Shown in pieces: positions 38,886 through 51,128 of a stretch of DNA of 64,000 nt; the first letter of the stretch is position 1, and the number at the start of each line of letters is the position of its first letter. Source of the stretch: Moniliella sp. 'wahieum' (Eukaryota); contig RSEE01000009.1 in NCBI GenBank assembly GCA_003971905.1, positions 682,001 to 746,000 on the forward strand, in the 5' to 3' direction. The position numbers and the translations under genes are program-made. The notes below the pieces were generated by a model. That model searched no databases and had not been told where the DNA came from. It was given only the letters and a program-made list of their open reading frames with translations.

Positions 38886-40387
38886 TCCCCCCCCTCTCCT
38901 ACCTTGGCCCACATCCACTTCCCCACCCCCTCCGCCCCAAATGGGCAGACCACATACCGTTGCTGTCGCAACCACTGCCATTGTCGCCAGTATCGCCCTT
39001 CTTTTTGGTGTTTGCCTGTTGCCCGTGTGCCTTCTGTGGATACCTATAACATTACGGTTTACCTCTGCCCAACACTCTCTAGCACTCTAAATCGATACCT
39101 GCGGGGTCATGTGGGCTTTCACGACACCGTTTTCCGCCTTGTGGGGAGGGAACTCTTGGAATGAACTAAACGTGTCGCATGAAGCATGTGGAGAGGTGAG
39201 GGCAGAAGAGCGTATCAGCTTTCTCTGCCCTCTTTTGGGGCAATACCAAGCACACAGAACATCAGCGTCCCGGTTTCCACCCCCAGTCCATGTGAATTGG
39301 CCACTGGGAACCTACGTATCGTAGGGCGCTCGCGTTCTACCGCGAAATCAAGCTCCTCGGTTGGGCCCGTATTATATGGCACGTGGGGCCCAAGCATAGG
39401 GGACCGCCATAAAAAGAGAGACAAGATTGGGAGAGCACAGTGGAGCAGTGGAGCAGTGGAGCCAACAATGCAGGGGTCGCGTCTGTCGAATTGGCCTCGG
39501 ACATGTCCACACCGAGTTATAGGTGTACCATATCACCACAATGCGATGCGATGAGATCATGGGACACTGTGACATCGTGATACATTACTTAGACATAGCA
39601 TAAGCTCTCCTCCGGTATGGGTATGGGCATGCTTCCACAGCGTCCCTTTCCCCCGGTCGAAGGCCGTTCGTCTTTCTCCGCTGCTTGGGAAAGAGATGGT
39701 GAGCAAGGCGCGGATTCCCAGTTGGCCACCGGTCCCGTCCCGGCTCCCCCGCTTCTGCTGCCTAAGTACTTCAGTACTTCAGTTCTTGTACCCTCAGGGG
39801 TGTGGGGCCCTGTTGCGATTAGCGCCCTAGCAGAGAATCCGGTATTCGGGCAATGTGTGTCGATCAACCAGTTGGATTGGGCATTGGGACCTTCCGTCGC
39901 GTCCTGCCTTGGCGTCTCATGCACGTCAGGCACATCAGGCACGTCAGGCACGTCATGTAGTGACTTAGAACAAAAGGCGTCTTCGGCCTTACCGGTTCCC
40001 GGGTACCGGTTACCACCCGTTTTCCTCGACACGTATAGCGTCCATGTCCTTCGAAACTCAGTCTCTTCGTGTCTCCATCCACCTGCTTTTTCAGCTTTTT
40101 GGGGCGTCCGTGTCGTACAAGAGGGAGGCATAATTGCATGGAAGGTATACAAGTGATGCCATAATGACGCATGCATGACGCCTTTCCATCGTTATTAATG
40201 GCTGTGCATAGCAACATGGCTGTCCTTCTCCAGAGCTTCCCCGCCCCCAACGCCTTTGGGCTTTCCCTGGCTTCCCACAACCCACCCCCTGTGGGGCTCT
40301 TTTCCGAAAGCTTGTTCAGTCCCTGTGTCCAAGGTTTGCAAAGGAAGAAGAGATGGATTCTGGACCAGAAAGCGACGCTTAACGTAC

Positions 40388-40415
40388 GTTCAACGTTCAA
40401 CGTTCAACGTTCAAC
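40388..40415. repeat. (GTTCAAC)x4 = (TCA+ACGT) array
   Basis: Four perfect units read directly. Confidence 0.9.
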
Positions 40416-41961
40416 GTGCACTGATCCAAGCGTGTGGCGCATGGGTTTGACAAATTGTCCCTCGCCAGAAAGCCAGGCCCCTCCTTGCTCGTACATAGAA
40501 CCCATCCTTCCGAGCTGGAGATAGGAGAAAACCGAATACAACCCTGCGGGCAGGGGGTGTCACATATGTCACACGTCACATGTCGCATGCCAAATGTAGC
40601 CGGCAACCGGCTGGCCTCCCCGGGAAAGGCGCCGGTAGAGCCGGAAGAGCGCAGAGCGAGAGCTTAGATACCTTGCAGGGCGTTTAGAACTCAGAGCGGC
40701 TCGGGGTGAAATTTGAATTTGACGTTTGATTAAGATTGCGATTAGATTATGAATGTAGTGGATGGGCTTCGGGGGCTGCCCAGGCACGCACACGCAGGCG
40801 ACCGTCACCGGGTCACCGGGGACTAGTCCCTGACTGGTACCTGGTACGTATGGCACATCACTGGTGGCACGTCGATGATGTATGTACAGACGGCCAGTTC
40901 ATTTTTTTGTCCGTGTCGTATGCTTTGGGAGTCGTGTGAGGTGGCGGGGGCTGGGCGGGCGTTGGGCGTTGGGAGCAGTCGCGTGTGGGATGGCCTGGAT
41001 GCAGATGGCGCGGGGCCGCGGGTGGCGAGAGGTGGTGTAGTGCAAGGTGCGACTAGTGTCGGCTAGCGCCTTCTGGCGCCCTAGCCGGTAACCGGTGACC
41101 GGCCTGAAGACGTAGGCTCTGTGAGAGACAGGCGGTTGGCCTGAAGCTTTTGAAGGGTAAAAACGTCAAGCGTGTACCGACAACATCGTTGCGGGATCGC
41201 TCGAATCGTTGCGTGGTGCCTCGATGCAGGATGCCCTGCACTGTCCCTCGACAAAACCCTGTTTTCGAGCCGAGCAGAAAAGGAAAGCGCTAGCGGCAGT
41301 TTAGATAAAGTACCAACGCGCTAACGATTGGCGCTTCGCGTGTAGCGCTTGCGCTCAGTGGCTCAACACATTCTCCTTTTTTCTTGTGGACATTGTTGGA
41401 TCGAACGTATATAGCTGCAAAGGCAAAAGCATGGCGGATCACGCTGACCTGTGACTGCGGTGACCGGTGTGCGTCCCATGTCCCATGTCACAGGTGATCG
41501 AGATCAGTGATAGAGAAAGGCCGGGGTACACGCTGGTGTAAGCGCGAGGATGGCTGATGGGTGAGATCTGTGATCTCAGATGGAATGGACACACTCCGCA
41601 AGGCGGTGGATATGGATTTGTTGATGCAGATAATGTGCGGAGGGAGGGGGGAGAGGGGGCGAGGCGTGTGAGCGTGTGAGCGCGGGAGGCGGCAGGTACG
41701 GTGCCTGTGAGTACGCGTGCAGCCACTGGTGAATCTAGGCGGTGGATTGGGGCCGGGGGCCGGGGGGCGGTGTGCGCGGCGTGTGCGCTGGCGCGTGTCA
41801 CAGTCACACCCTGCCAGCTATCGGCCGCACGCCCGCGAGCAGCCGCTACGTAGCAAGACTGCCCCGACAGGAGGTTGCGCCGCTAGGGTTATGCCGGGGG
41901 GCGCCACCAGCCCCCACCGTCGCCGCACGGGGCCGCCCTGGCGGCGTGGCGAGGCGTGCGG

Positions 41962-41989
41962 CGTGACGCGTGACGCGTGACGCGTGACG
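41962..41989. repeat. (CGTGACG)x4 = (TGA+CGCG) array
   Basis: Four perfect units read directly. Confidence 0.9.
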
Positions 41990-42941
41990 CGTGCGGTGCG
42001 GCTGGCCATGTGCGCGGGCTGGGCGAGCACATGCGGTCGGGCGGTGCTTAGTGCTTAGTGCTTGGGGACGCCGGGGCTGGCCGGGGCAGTGTTTGGTACC
42101 TGCAGCTGGTAAACTCAGTCCTTCGCCCAGCCGTGCCTGGCCCATGCTCAGCGTCACCCACCCGCCCCTCACATCCCGCCACGCCCAGGCACACGCCATC
42201 CCCAGCGCTTCTTCTTCCGCCCCGCCCCCCCCCCCCACCACCACCACCTGCCCAGATGCTGTCCGTGCCCTCCCCCGCCCCCCCCGGGCGCGCACCTGGC
42301 CCATCCACCCACCCTCCCCGCCGAGTCCCTGTCTGCGCCTGGCTCCACCTCCAGCTCCGCCTCCAGCTTCGCCTCCACCTCGGCCTCCCCCGCTTCTTCC
42401 GCCGACCCCCCACGCATCTTCACTCGACCTGCTCGCTCCGCCCTGCGCCCCCGTCGACAGTAGGTTACCCCCCCCGCCCCCCTTCGCGCCTGTCGGCCAA
42501 GCGATGCTGACGGACGGACGGACGGACTGACTGACTATCTTGTCTCGCCCGCCAGGACCCCCGTTCGCACGCCCAGCAGTCCAGTACCCGAACTTCTGCC
42601 GAGCCACCCGCACTTTGCTCCTCGCCCGCCCCTTGCACCATCCCCATGCTGACGGCGGTGAACCCCGTGCGGTCCCGCTCCTCCTCCCAGTCGCAGCACG
42701 TACCGGACCTAGTCCCCCCACTCGCCTCGCCGTACTCCCGCCCGTCTATGGCCTCTTCCCTTGCCGCCACCCCTCGACCGATCGGTTGTTGGATCCTTCG
42801 TTGCCGACCTGCAACAATCTGGCAAGCGCCCCCCCCTGCGCCTATTTCTCCCCGCTCTCCTACCTTACCCCACAGGCCCATCCATCGCAGGTGCCCAGCA
42901 CCGCGCTTCCCAGGAATACGGCTGCTCTTCCCGCGCTGACC

Positions 42942-45826
42942 ATGGCGCTGCCTTCGCCCTCCCAACCCTCAGTGCTCAAAGACACCTCTGACAGTTCACC
43001 ACGAAGAGCCGCCTCTTCCGCTTCCGCGTCCACCATCGCCCCGACCTTCTCCCTCTTGCGCGCTCGGGCCGCCCAACGCGCCGAAGGGTCCAGCAGCCGC
43101 GACGATCTGTCGGTGTCCTTGTCGCGCCAAACGTCGGGAACCGAAGCGGCGAGAGCACTGAGTTCGCCCGCGATCAGCCCTTTGGACCCCTTTCCGTCCC
43201 GCCGCTCTGGTACGCTCCGTTCCTTGTTTCGCCGGAGGCCGCCTACGTCCCCTGCCCAATCGTCCGGTCCAAGTGAAAGGGGGGAGGACGATGGGAAAGA
43301 GGAGGAGATGGAAGTGTCGCCATATGACACCTCGACACCATTTGCCTTTCCCACATTGGCTGCCGGCTCGGACGGCGGCGGCAACATGTCGCCGACCCAG
43401 CGGAGCGAGGTGGGTGCCGACAAGGTGGCGCCAGCGCCGGCGGATGAGGCGGGTGTGGGTGAGTCGGCGCGACAGAGCGAGAAGCGAGGGGAGACGACCA
43501 CCACGTTTGCCCCCGCGTCGCTCACTCCGTTCAAGTTGCCTGGCAGTGGGACGCTGCAGCCCATGCCCAACGAGACGCCGCACCACTTTTTCCAACGCGC
43601 CGTGGTCAACGCTGCGCCCGGCGACATTATCTCGAGCTTGGCCGGGTACGGGGACCGGTTTTATCTGGCTGCGCTTCGGGCGGGGATGGAGCGGTACGAC
43701 TACGCGGGGGACCCGATCGACATGGCCATGCGCAAGTTTTTGTTAAACGTTTCGCTGCCGCAAGAGGCACAGCAGATTGATCGAGTGCTGGAGGCGTTTG
43801 CCAATCGATATACCACATGCAACGCCGACATCTTTACCGATCCAGGTACGTTGCCCCTTCTTCCGCCCTAGCGTCAGGGAACCGGAAAGTGAATTCGCGT
43901 ACTTACTCATGTGTACAGACTCGCTCTACATTCTTGCCACCTCGATCATGCTACTGCACACGGACCACTTTAACAAGAACCTCAAGTCCAAGATGAGCAA
44001 GGCGGACTATGTGAAAAACACGGCGGGCATTGTACCGTTGATGCAGGCGAACGAGATGCTAGAGTATGTGTATGACAATGTGACGTGTGCGCCGTTTGTC
44101 TACCCCGAGCAAGCTAAGGACAAGAAACGATTGAAAGCCAAGGTCAACCCGTACTCGTTGCTGGCCACAACCGCTACCGCGATCTGGCCAGCGACTTGGC
44201 CCGCCTCTTCACTCTGCACCCAACGTTGGCGGTGGACCACGATTACACGACCTTGGACGCTGCCAAGCTGGTGCGCCATTTCAGTGAATCCCCCACCATC
44301 CGAACCGCCAGCTACACGGCCTCACCCATCGCCATGGCCTCTCCTCGGCGTTGGCCGTGTACACGTCGGGGCATGTGCCGCAAACGGAAGTGATCAATAC
44401 AGTACGAGTGACCAAGTTGGATCTGGTTCACGGACGGGAAGAATCCGATTCGATTTCGGTACGCAAACCGGTCGCGTCCAACTGGTCCTCCTCCAGTTCG
44501 CGCACACGACGCTGGGGGTTGCTGCTGACCAGCAGCCAGCTGGTCGTTTTTAAAGACGCGCCTATGCTGACATGTTGCTCCGATCTTGTCCAGTGCGCCC
44601 AGGACCCAGCCAAGGCAGAGGAGGTGGTGCCCAACTTTGCGCCCGACTGTCTCTTGCATCTGTACGATGCCGTGGCATTTTGCGATGAGCAAACCGATAA
44701 GGTTCCCAACGCCTTCAAAGTCCGCAGCGACAACCCCACCACTGGCGTCCAACGCTCTTTTTTCCAGCCTTCGTCCGACGGGCGGAGCGGACAGATTGGA
44801 TGGCCAAGATCAACTTTGCTGCGACGATGCGCTGGGCCGGGGTACGCAAGGTGGATGGACTGTCCAAGGGGGAAGTGATTGCGTTGGCGCGCATGCGCCG
44901 TAGCTCGGCGGCAACTGCATGGTCTGGCATCTGCCCCGTACCAGCGCCCTTACCACCAGTAGTGGCGGCAGCAATCCTGACGCTGGCGATCCGCAACGCC
45001 GTCCCAGCTCGTCATCGGTGCCACGGGCGAGGGGGTGACGGACGCGTTGAGCGAAAGCATGAGCCAGCGCGAGTCGATGCGGGAGACGCGGCTAGCCGAG
45101 CTGGAGGCGCACTTTGAAGCCAAGTTGGCTGCGGCGACGGCAGTGATTGAAAAGGCAGAAGCGACGATGGATTTGACCCAACGGACCGCACGGCACTTTA
45201 GCATCATGACGCCACTGCAAAAGAGTACCAAGGACCGTCTGATGTCGTGTGCGATCGGCTTGGCCAATCGGCTCAACCAGCTGTACCTCGACACGTTCAA
45301 AGCCCATCTCCGCCGTGCCATCCTGCTCTGTCCCATGGACCCGGGCCCGCTCGGCCGCCGCTCGTCGATGGCCCATGTCATCAACTCGTACCCCTTTGGC
45401 ACGTCGCCCGCGGGCGAATTTAGCTTGACGGCACTCCAGAAACAGCTCAACGCGTTTAGCTTTACTCGTGTGACGCGCCCGCAGCCCAGGCAGACCGTCT
45501 GTCGGTCGGAGGCGCCGAGGGACGCGCCCGTGCCTCCTCCACGCTCTCTGAACCGGCGGGACGGTGGCGCAAAGCGACCTCTCGAACGTCGTCGGTTGCT
45601 GTGCCACCCTCGATACCTTCCAGCTTTGGTTCGGCCATGGAACCAGAGCAGGTCAGCGCTGTTGGCTCACCTTTCCTTGGCCTGCCGGACCCTGGCTGGC
45701 GTCCTCGGGGCGCACGTCCCTACCGCCCCTGACACCCGGATCGGAAGCCAAGCCCCCCAACTCGCTCCTCTCTCTCCTGCTTCGCCCCAGCAAGAAGAGC
45801 AGGACAAGATGGGGGAGCAGTTGTAA
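42942..45826 (+). CDS. Sec7-domain Arf guanine-nucleotide exchange factor with downstream PH-like domain (SYT1-like)
   Basis: PIDMAMRKFLLNVSLPQEAQQIDRVLEAFANRY (catalytic Glu retained), intron 43846-43918, DSLYILATSIMLLHTDHFNKN.K.KMSKADYVKNT, then PH-like RRWGLLLTSSQLVVFKD...W(M)AKINFAA. Confidence 0.88.
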
Positions 45827-47899
45827 CTGAGGTTCGCTTTCCCTCCCACTGTCTGCTTCTCTCCCTTTTTGTCCCCTTTGGCGGAGGCGCCAAAAGGCAG
45901 GTTTGAAGACGAAGACTGGTCGGGAGAGGAGGTTTTGTTCGCAGGAAGGGTGCCACGGTTCCTATCCTTGTGGGCTCTCTTGCTTTCTTTTACTGGCTAA
46001 AAGAGGCCTCTTATAACGCGTATTATCTCCTTGTCGCCCCTCTTTCTCTCTTCTCGTATCACCATGTGTACTTATTTTTCCGCCCGTTTACACCGAAACC
46101 CCCCCTCCACCCTTTTGTTGGTACCGCCATATGTATTTACTTCCCCCCCCACTCCTCACTAGGACGGTTAGGACGATAGCCCAACAGAGTGAGAGCATCC
46201 TTCTTTGAGCAAAGGGTGTGCTGTGACTTGTGGTCCGATGGGAGAGCAGCAGGTCAAGTACTAATTGCCAGACGGATGAATGGAATAATCGCGGTATAAT
46301 CATTGAACACAGTGTATGCGCTAACTACTGACTGGGGCCGGGCCAGGAGTCTACCTCCCGCGCCTGTACAAGATTATCCCGTGGATTCTCAACGTGTGCT
46401 ACAAGAGACTTTCCAAACCGGAGGTCGCGTGGATACGACGGAGTGTGGTAGACATCCAAGCGGTGAACCATCCACTTTGAGACTCATCACTGTATTCGTT
46501 CCACCGCCCAAACGTCTTGCTTGCCATAATCTTGGGGGCGTATAGTATCCTCGTGTCGTCATATAACCAGAGAGAAGAAGGGCTCTTGGGTGCGTGTCAG
46601 GAAACGGAGATGGGGGAAGGGAAGCAAATGGATTGCATACATCTATGGACGCACAGGAGGTATATGTACCTCCTCAGGAAGGGGGCACAGTCGAGAGGTG
46701 GACACAGGATCTCCCAACTGATAAGAATCACGCCATAGTGCCCATACGGGCCTAGTGGGCCAAGGGCCCCCTAGCACGGCGTGAGTCTGACAGTGCGGCT
46801 GTGGTATTCGGAACTCTGTCGCATTCTGCTGGCTTCCAGCAGTCGAGGCAGCACCTTATCCCAGCAGTCCAAATACGTTGCGGTTCGCTCGAGCACCACC
46901 CTCTGGACTCGATGTGGAGGTGGGGGCCGGGCATTGACCGTACGAACTGAAGGATGGGCCCCACACCGACTCGTCCAAGGCACCACACCTGGACTGGGTG
47001 CCGGCGCAAGCCTTGAATGGCATGCCACCACAATTGCACATGCTGCGGATTCAACGGCTCAAGAATGGGGCTGGCGAACCGTTGAGCGTCTGGAGCAGGC
47101 CCTTTCGGCACTTCTCCCCTGTCTAATCCTCCCCTCCCACGCACGTAGGCAGGACCACAAGTCCATCCTCCCGAATCAGGGCCAGTTGTCGTTCGGCGCA
47201 CGTGCGAAGGTTGGCGGCGGGTTCTGGCGCCCTTGATCTCGCCAACAACGCCAGTGGAACACAGCCGGTAATCAGCCCCCCACAGCCGATGGGACGGATC
47301 ACAACACAAAGCAGGGCCGTCGCAGATGCAGGCCCATCCCAACGTCAGGGCCGAAAGTCAAATAAGAAAAGAAGCGTGGATTGGCCTTTGAAGAGCGCAC
47401 ACGTTCTTTGACGAACATGTATGCGCCCAGTACCTTCACTTATTCCATGCCCCCGCCGTCAACCGAGACTGAATGGGCTGCTCGCACCGACTGGGTCGGG
47501 TCACTCCTCTTCCGGCGGTCGCCAGCATTGAAGCGGCTCGCATTGGCACCTTGCCTCGTCCCCAACAGATCGTCCGCACCGAAGTGGTTCGTGCCACCTC
47601 CCCCCTCTGCCATCCCAAATGCGGTGTAATGCAGGGGGCGCGCCTCCCATCGGGCACTCAAGGCTGATGGCCAGAGGTCGGGCGCTCCCTTTTCAGGCTC
47701 CGCTGCAGGGACAATGTCTCCCCTTGATGAATGAGCTTTTGCATGTGTGGGTTGCTCGCCACCATCACAAGTACCCTGATCCTCTCCCCCGTTCTCCGAC
47801 GAAGGAGGGACAAGCTCCATTCTCTCGTTTCCTGTTACGATCGATCTTTTCCGGTTGCGTCCAGAATCAAACACGTTTTCTCGATCAGACACATAGCCT

Positions 47900-50800
47900 T
47901 GATCTAGCACGTTACAATCGCCAACCAGAAAGGTTTGGCCTGTGCGGTTTCGACGTACCTTTTGGAAATCTGGGTTGGACAAGTGGACATGTGGCCTGGT
48001 GGACTTTTGGGCTTGTGGTACCACGAACGGGGCTGGGTCACTCGCCGGCACCTGGCCTGGGGCTTTCATCCGCCGTTGCCCCTGACCCAGGAGAATCGGC
48101 GAGGCAGATGGAGGCGGTCATGCAGGGGCCGCAAAAAAGCATCGCATGGCTTCCCATCCGCTCGGTTCGCACATCTCCCAAGTCGTTCCGCGTGGTGGCG
48201 ATGGTGGTGGGCAATGGCGCGAGTGCTGGGCATGACGGCATAAGCGAGCCAGTCTCTCAGCGCGCTCTTTTGTCGGCGTAACGACGACCGCATCGTAACT
48301 TGCTATTGCCGCTGCGGGCTGCCATTGCACATTTCAAATCCATCCCCTCCGCTTTGCCCAAGGGATGTCCAAGCGGATCTAGGGACGAGGAGCTGCTGTA
48401 CATGTGGCAAGGTGGGCAGTGCACACCGGCTCGGCCCGTAGTATACCGTGTCTGAAGCCTCCGGGGCTTAGGCGCTTAGGGACGGGTAGAGGCAGGGGAG
48501 GACAAACACTGCCGACTTGCGTCGTATTTCTCCGTCAACGCGTCCATGCAGGTCCAAGAGCTGTGGATGACCTAATCACGTGGGCCACCGAGCCGAGTTG
48601 TGGGCGTCGCAACTGACATCCTCCCGGGCCGTAACCATTCCCGTACCTCGCCATGGCCAACTCTCAGCTTCCAGCCCCCCGCGCGCAAAAACATCAACAA
48701 CAACGATTAATGACTACGAGCCGATGGACTAGATGGAGTGGAGGTGTCCGTGGGGCAGATTCCGGCTCACTGTTGAAGTCGACAGTACGCCAGTCACACC
48801 CGTGAGGGTGATCTCTGCATGCGTTGCGGGCACGCGGGTCATTGGCGTAACGAGTGCCCCTTGGGCCAGAATGGCAATTGCCCCGGGCAGTGTGGCCGTC
48901 GGTTTTGGCCCCAAGGGATGTCTAATCGGAGTCGCCGGGCCAAGGGGGGTCGGGCCAGGCGAACGAGAGGGCAGCTCGTCGAGCGCGCTGGAGCAGGCGC
49001 GCCATAGGGGCAGGGGCCCCGCCGGATGTGTGCCACGTCCACCTACTCCTGCCGACGGTCGTCTAGCTACCGCGCCTACATGTTTCCAGACGGACTTGGG
49101 CACGCAACCACGTTATTAAGCCTAGTGGACACGGGGGTCGAGAGGTCGTTTATTGACCGCGGAGAAGTGCGCATTACGGGTACGTCCTGACTCCCCTCCC
49201 TGCCCCCCGCAGGTGCGGCTATTGGATGGGCGAAGGATCTGGTCAGATCAGGTTACTCACTCTTTCCTTTTGTCTTTTAACCTAGGAAGTCGAACGTTCA
49301 GCCACGAGTTCCTCGTTACGTCGATTCCGCGTATGCCGCGGTCTTGGGTACCAACTTTCTGTACGCCAATAAGGTGTCGCTCTCCTTTGCTCGAGATGGT
49401 TCAGACGAGCTTAGCTTTAAGGGCGATGGTCCCCCGATCGAGTGTTGTGGCATCATGAACATAATTACGAGCTTCAACAAGATGACGATCTCGTCGGCCG
49501 GCAAGTGTGGGTCCACGATCAGGGAGGTGGTGGCTACGCCCTGAGAGATTCAAGGTGCTCAAGCCGAGACCGAGACTGATAGAGGCGTACAAGGACCAAT
49601 CGCCCGAGGGAGAGGTGATCGAAGCCATACGGGGGCTCAAGGAGCACGACAGTGGATACGAGGCCATCGTGGCGGGAGTGGAAGAGGGCTGTATACCGCA
49701 GGGATATGAGGTGCGCAACGGGTTTCTCTACTTCCAAGAGGCGCTCTACGTACCCGACCGTCCGAATCACTGCGGTATATACCTTACTTTACGATCACCA
49801 CGACAAGCCCGAGGTTGCGCACCAAGGAAGAGAGCCCACGTACGATCAGCTGAGGCCTTGGTACGATTGGCCTGGAATGACCTTCGATGTGCGTCGCTAC
49901 GTGGGAATGTGCTCGTCGTGTCAAACTGCGAACAGCCGCCGCCATCGCCCCTATGGTTTACTGCATCCGTTGGAAATACCAGCCCGGCCTTGGTCCAGTT
50001 TCAGCATGGATCATTTCGGTCCCTTGCCAGAGGGAGGGCTTGGAAGCAAGGGTGAGACGCTGAACATGTGGGGGTTGATCAGCTGTCCAAGATGGTGGTG
50101 CTCATGCCATACAGCTCGAGCGACACCGCAGGTCGCTTGTTTGAGCGGCTGACGGTGAAGGTGTTCCACGTGTGCGGGTTGTCTACCCAGATCGTGAGCG
50201 GCAAAGGTCCCTTGTCCACTTCCTCCCAGGTGCGTGGCTTTTGCGACAAAAATGGCATTAGCCAATGCATGGCCACTACCCAGCACCCCCAGTCCGATGC
50301 GACTTGATTACGACTCATCTGCGCCAATTCGTTAGCCATATACAATCCGATTGGGTCGAATACCTTCCCTCAGCCGCATTCACGCTCAACACTGCTCACT
50401 CCGCCTCAACAGGATTGTCTCCGTTCTACAGCATGCATGGGTTCCCGTCGCGCAAACCAGGAGACCCAGCCGCCCAGCCGGGTGGGCCAGAGGAGGAACA
50501 TCAAGTGGTCCAGGCCGAGGTAACTGAGGCGGCCAAGGAAGCTTTGGAAAAGGCACGCAAGCGAGCCAAGCGCTATGTCGATCGGCTCCGGAATGAGGAA
50601 ACCCCGGATGCTTCAGACACGTTACTACGACCCACAGCCGGTGCGTCCGCAGCCTTGCCGCATGTGCAGCCGCCTCCGCTTCATGCCCAAAGGCCTCTCC
50701 GTGCGTGTGCGGCTGATGCATGCCCGCAGTGAGAGGTCCTTTTGACGACTCGACGTTCGCACCCGACGAACTTGGAATAGTGACAAGCCCAGAGCACGCT

Positions 50801-50900
50801 GGCGAGGAGGGGTCTGACAGGCTGACCCCAAAATGGGTGTGATCCAGCCAGTCTCCTCGTTGCGAGCACCCGCAAGAAGGGTGTGCCTTGCAACCCCAAT
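47900..50900 (+). mobile_element. Decayed Ty3/gypsy-type retroelement: gag, protease and integrase remnants; RT/RNase H absent
   Basis: Gag EPMD motif (~48718), zinc knuckle CMRCGHAGHWRNECP (~48817-48861), protease LVDTGVERSFID (~49121), integrase HHCC (HDKPEVAHQG..CSSC) and core PWSSFSMDHFGPLP / DQLSKMV / HPQSD / DWVEYLPSAAFTLN..HSASTGLSPF. No LTRs identified. The boundary may extend upstream to ~46750. Confidence 0.88.
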
Positions 50901-51128
50901 GGGGTAACGAGCAGCACACTGCCCCTAACCCACCCCCTGCGCTGGATGTGGGACAGACCAAAACAGGATACTTAGAGTTTTGGTTTTGATGCAGCATATG
51001 CTTCTCTCTACCTGTGATCCAATCCAATTAAATACCGCGGTCCCCTCCTCTTCTCGCCCTCCTCCTCACCACCATCACCATCCATCCATCCCCTCCCCTA
51101 CCCGCTACCCAGTCACCTCACGAAGACC

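Noticed and set aside
39589..40176. ORF with DVP repeats (9-bp repeat at ~39921-39958)
   Set aside because: No recognisable domain or splice support; treated as intergenic or relic sequence.
41962..41989. MCB (ACGCGT) cell-cycle box cluster as the explanation of the array
   Set aside because: The same architecture occurs with eleven other tetramers, so a single TF motif cannot explain it. A secondary regulatory role is not excluded.
116..45000. Numerous long overlapping and antisense ORFs in the ORF track
   Set aside because: Expected in high-GC DNA with few stop codons. The translations are Arg/Gly/Pro-rich shadows of the real genes, without domains.
48390..48430. Second zinc knuckle (CCTCGKVGSAH)
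   Set aside because: Spacing does not fit CX2CX4HX4C. An alternative frame (DEELLYMWQG) fits the gag capsid region better.
46200..51100. LTR pair flanking the gypsy relic
   Set aside because: I could not find matching direct repeats, PBS or PPT by eye; a self-alignment would settle it.
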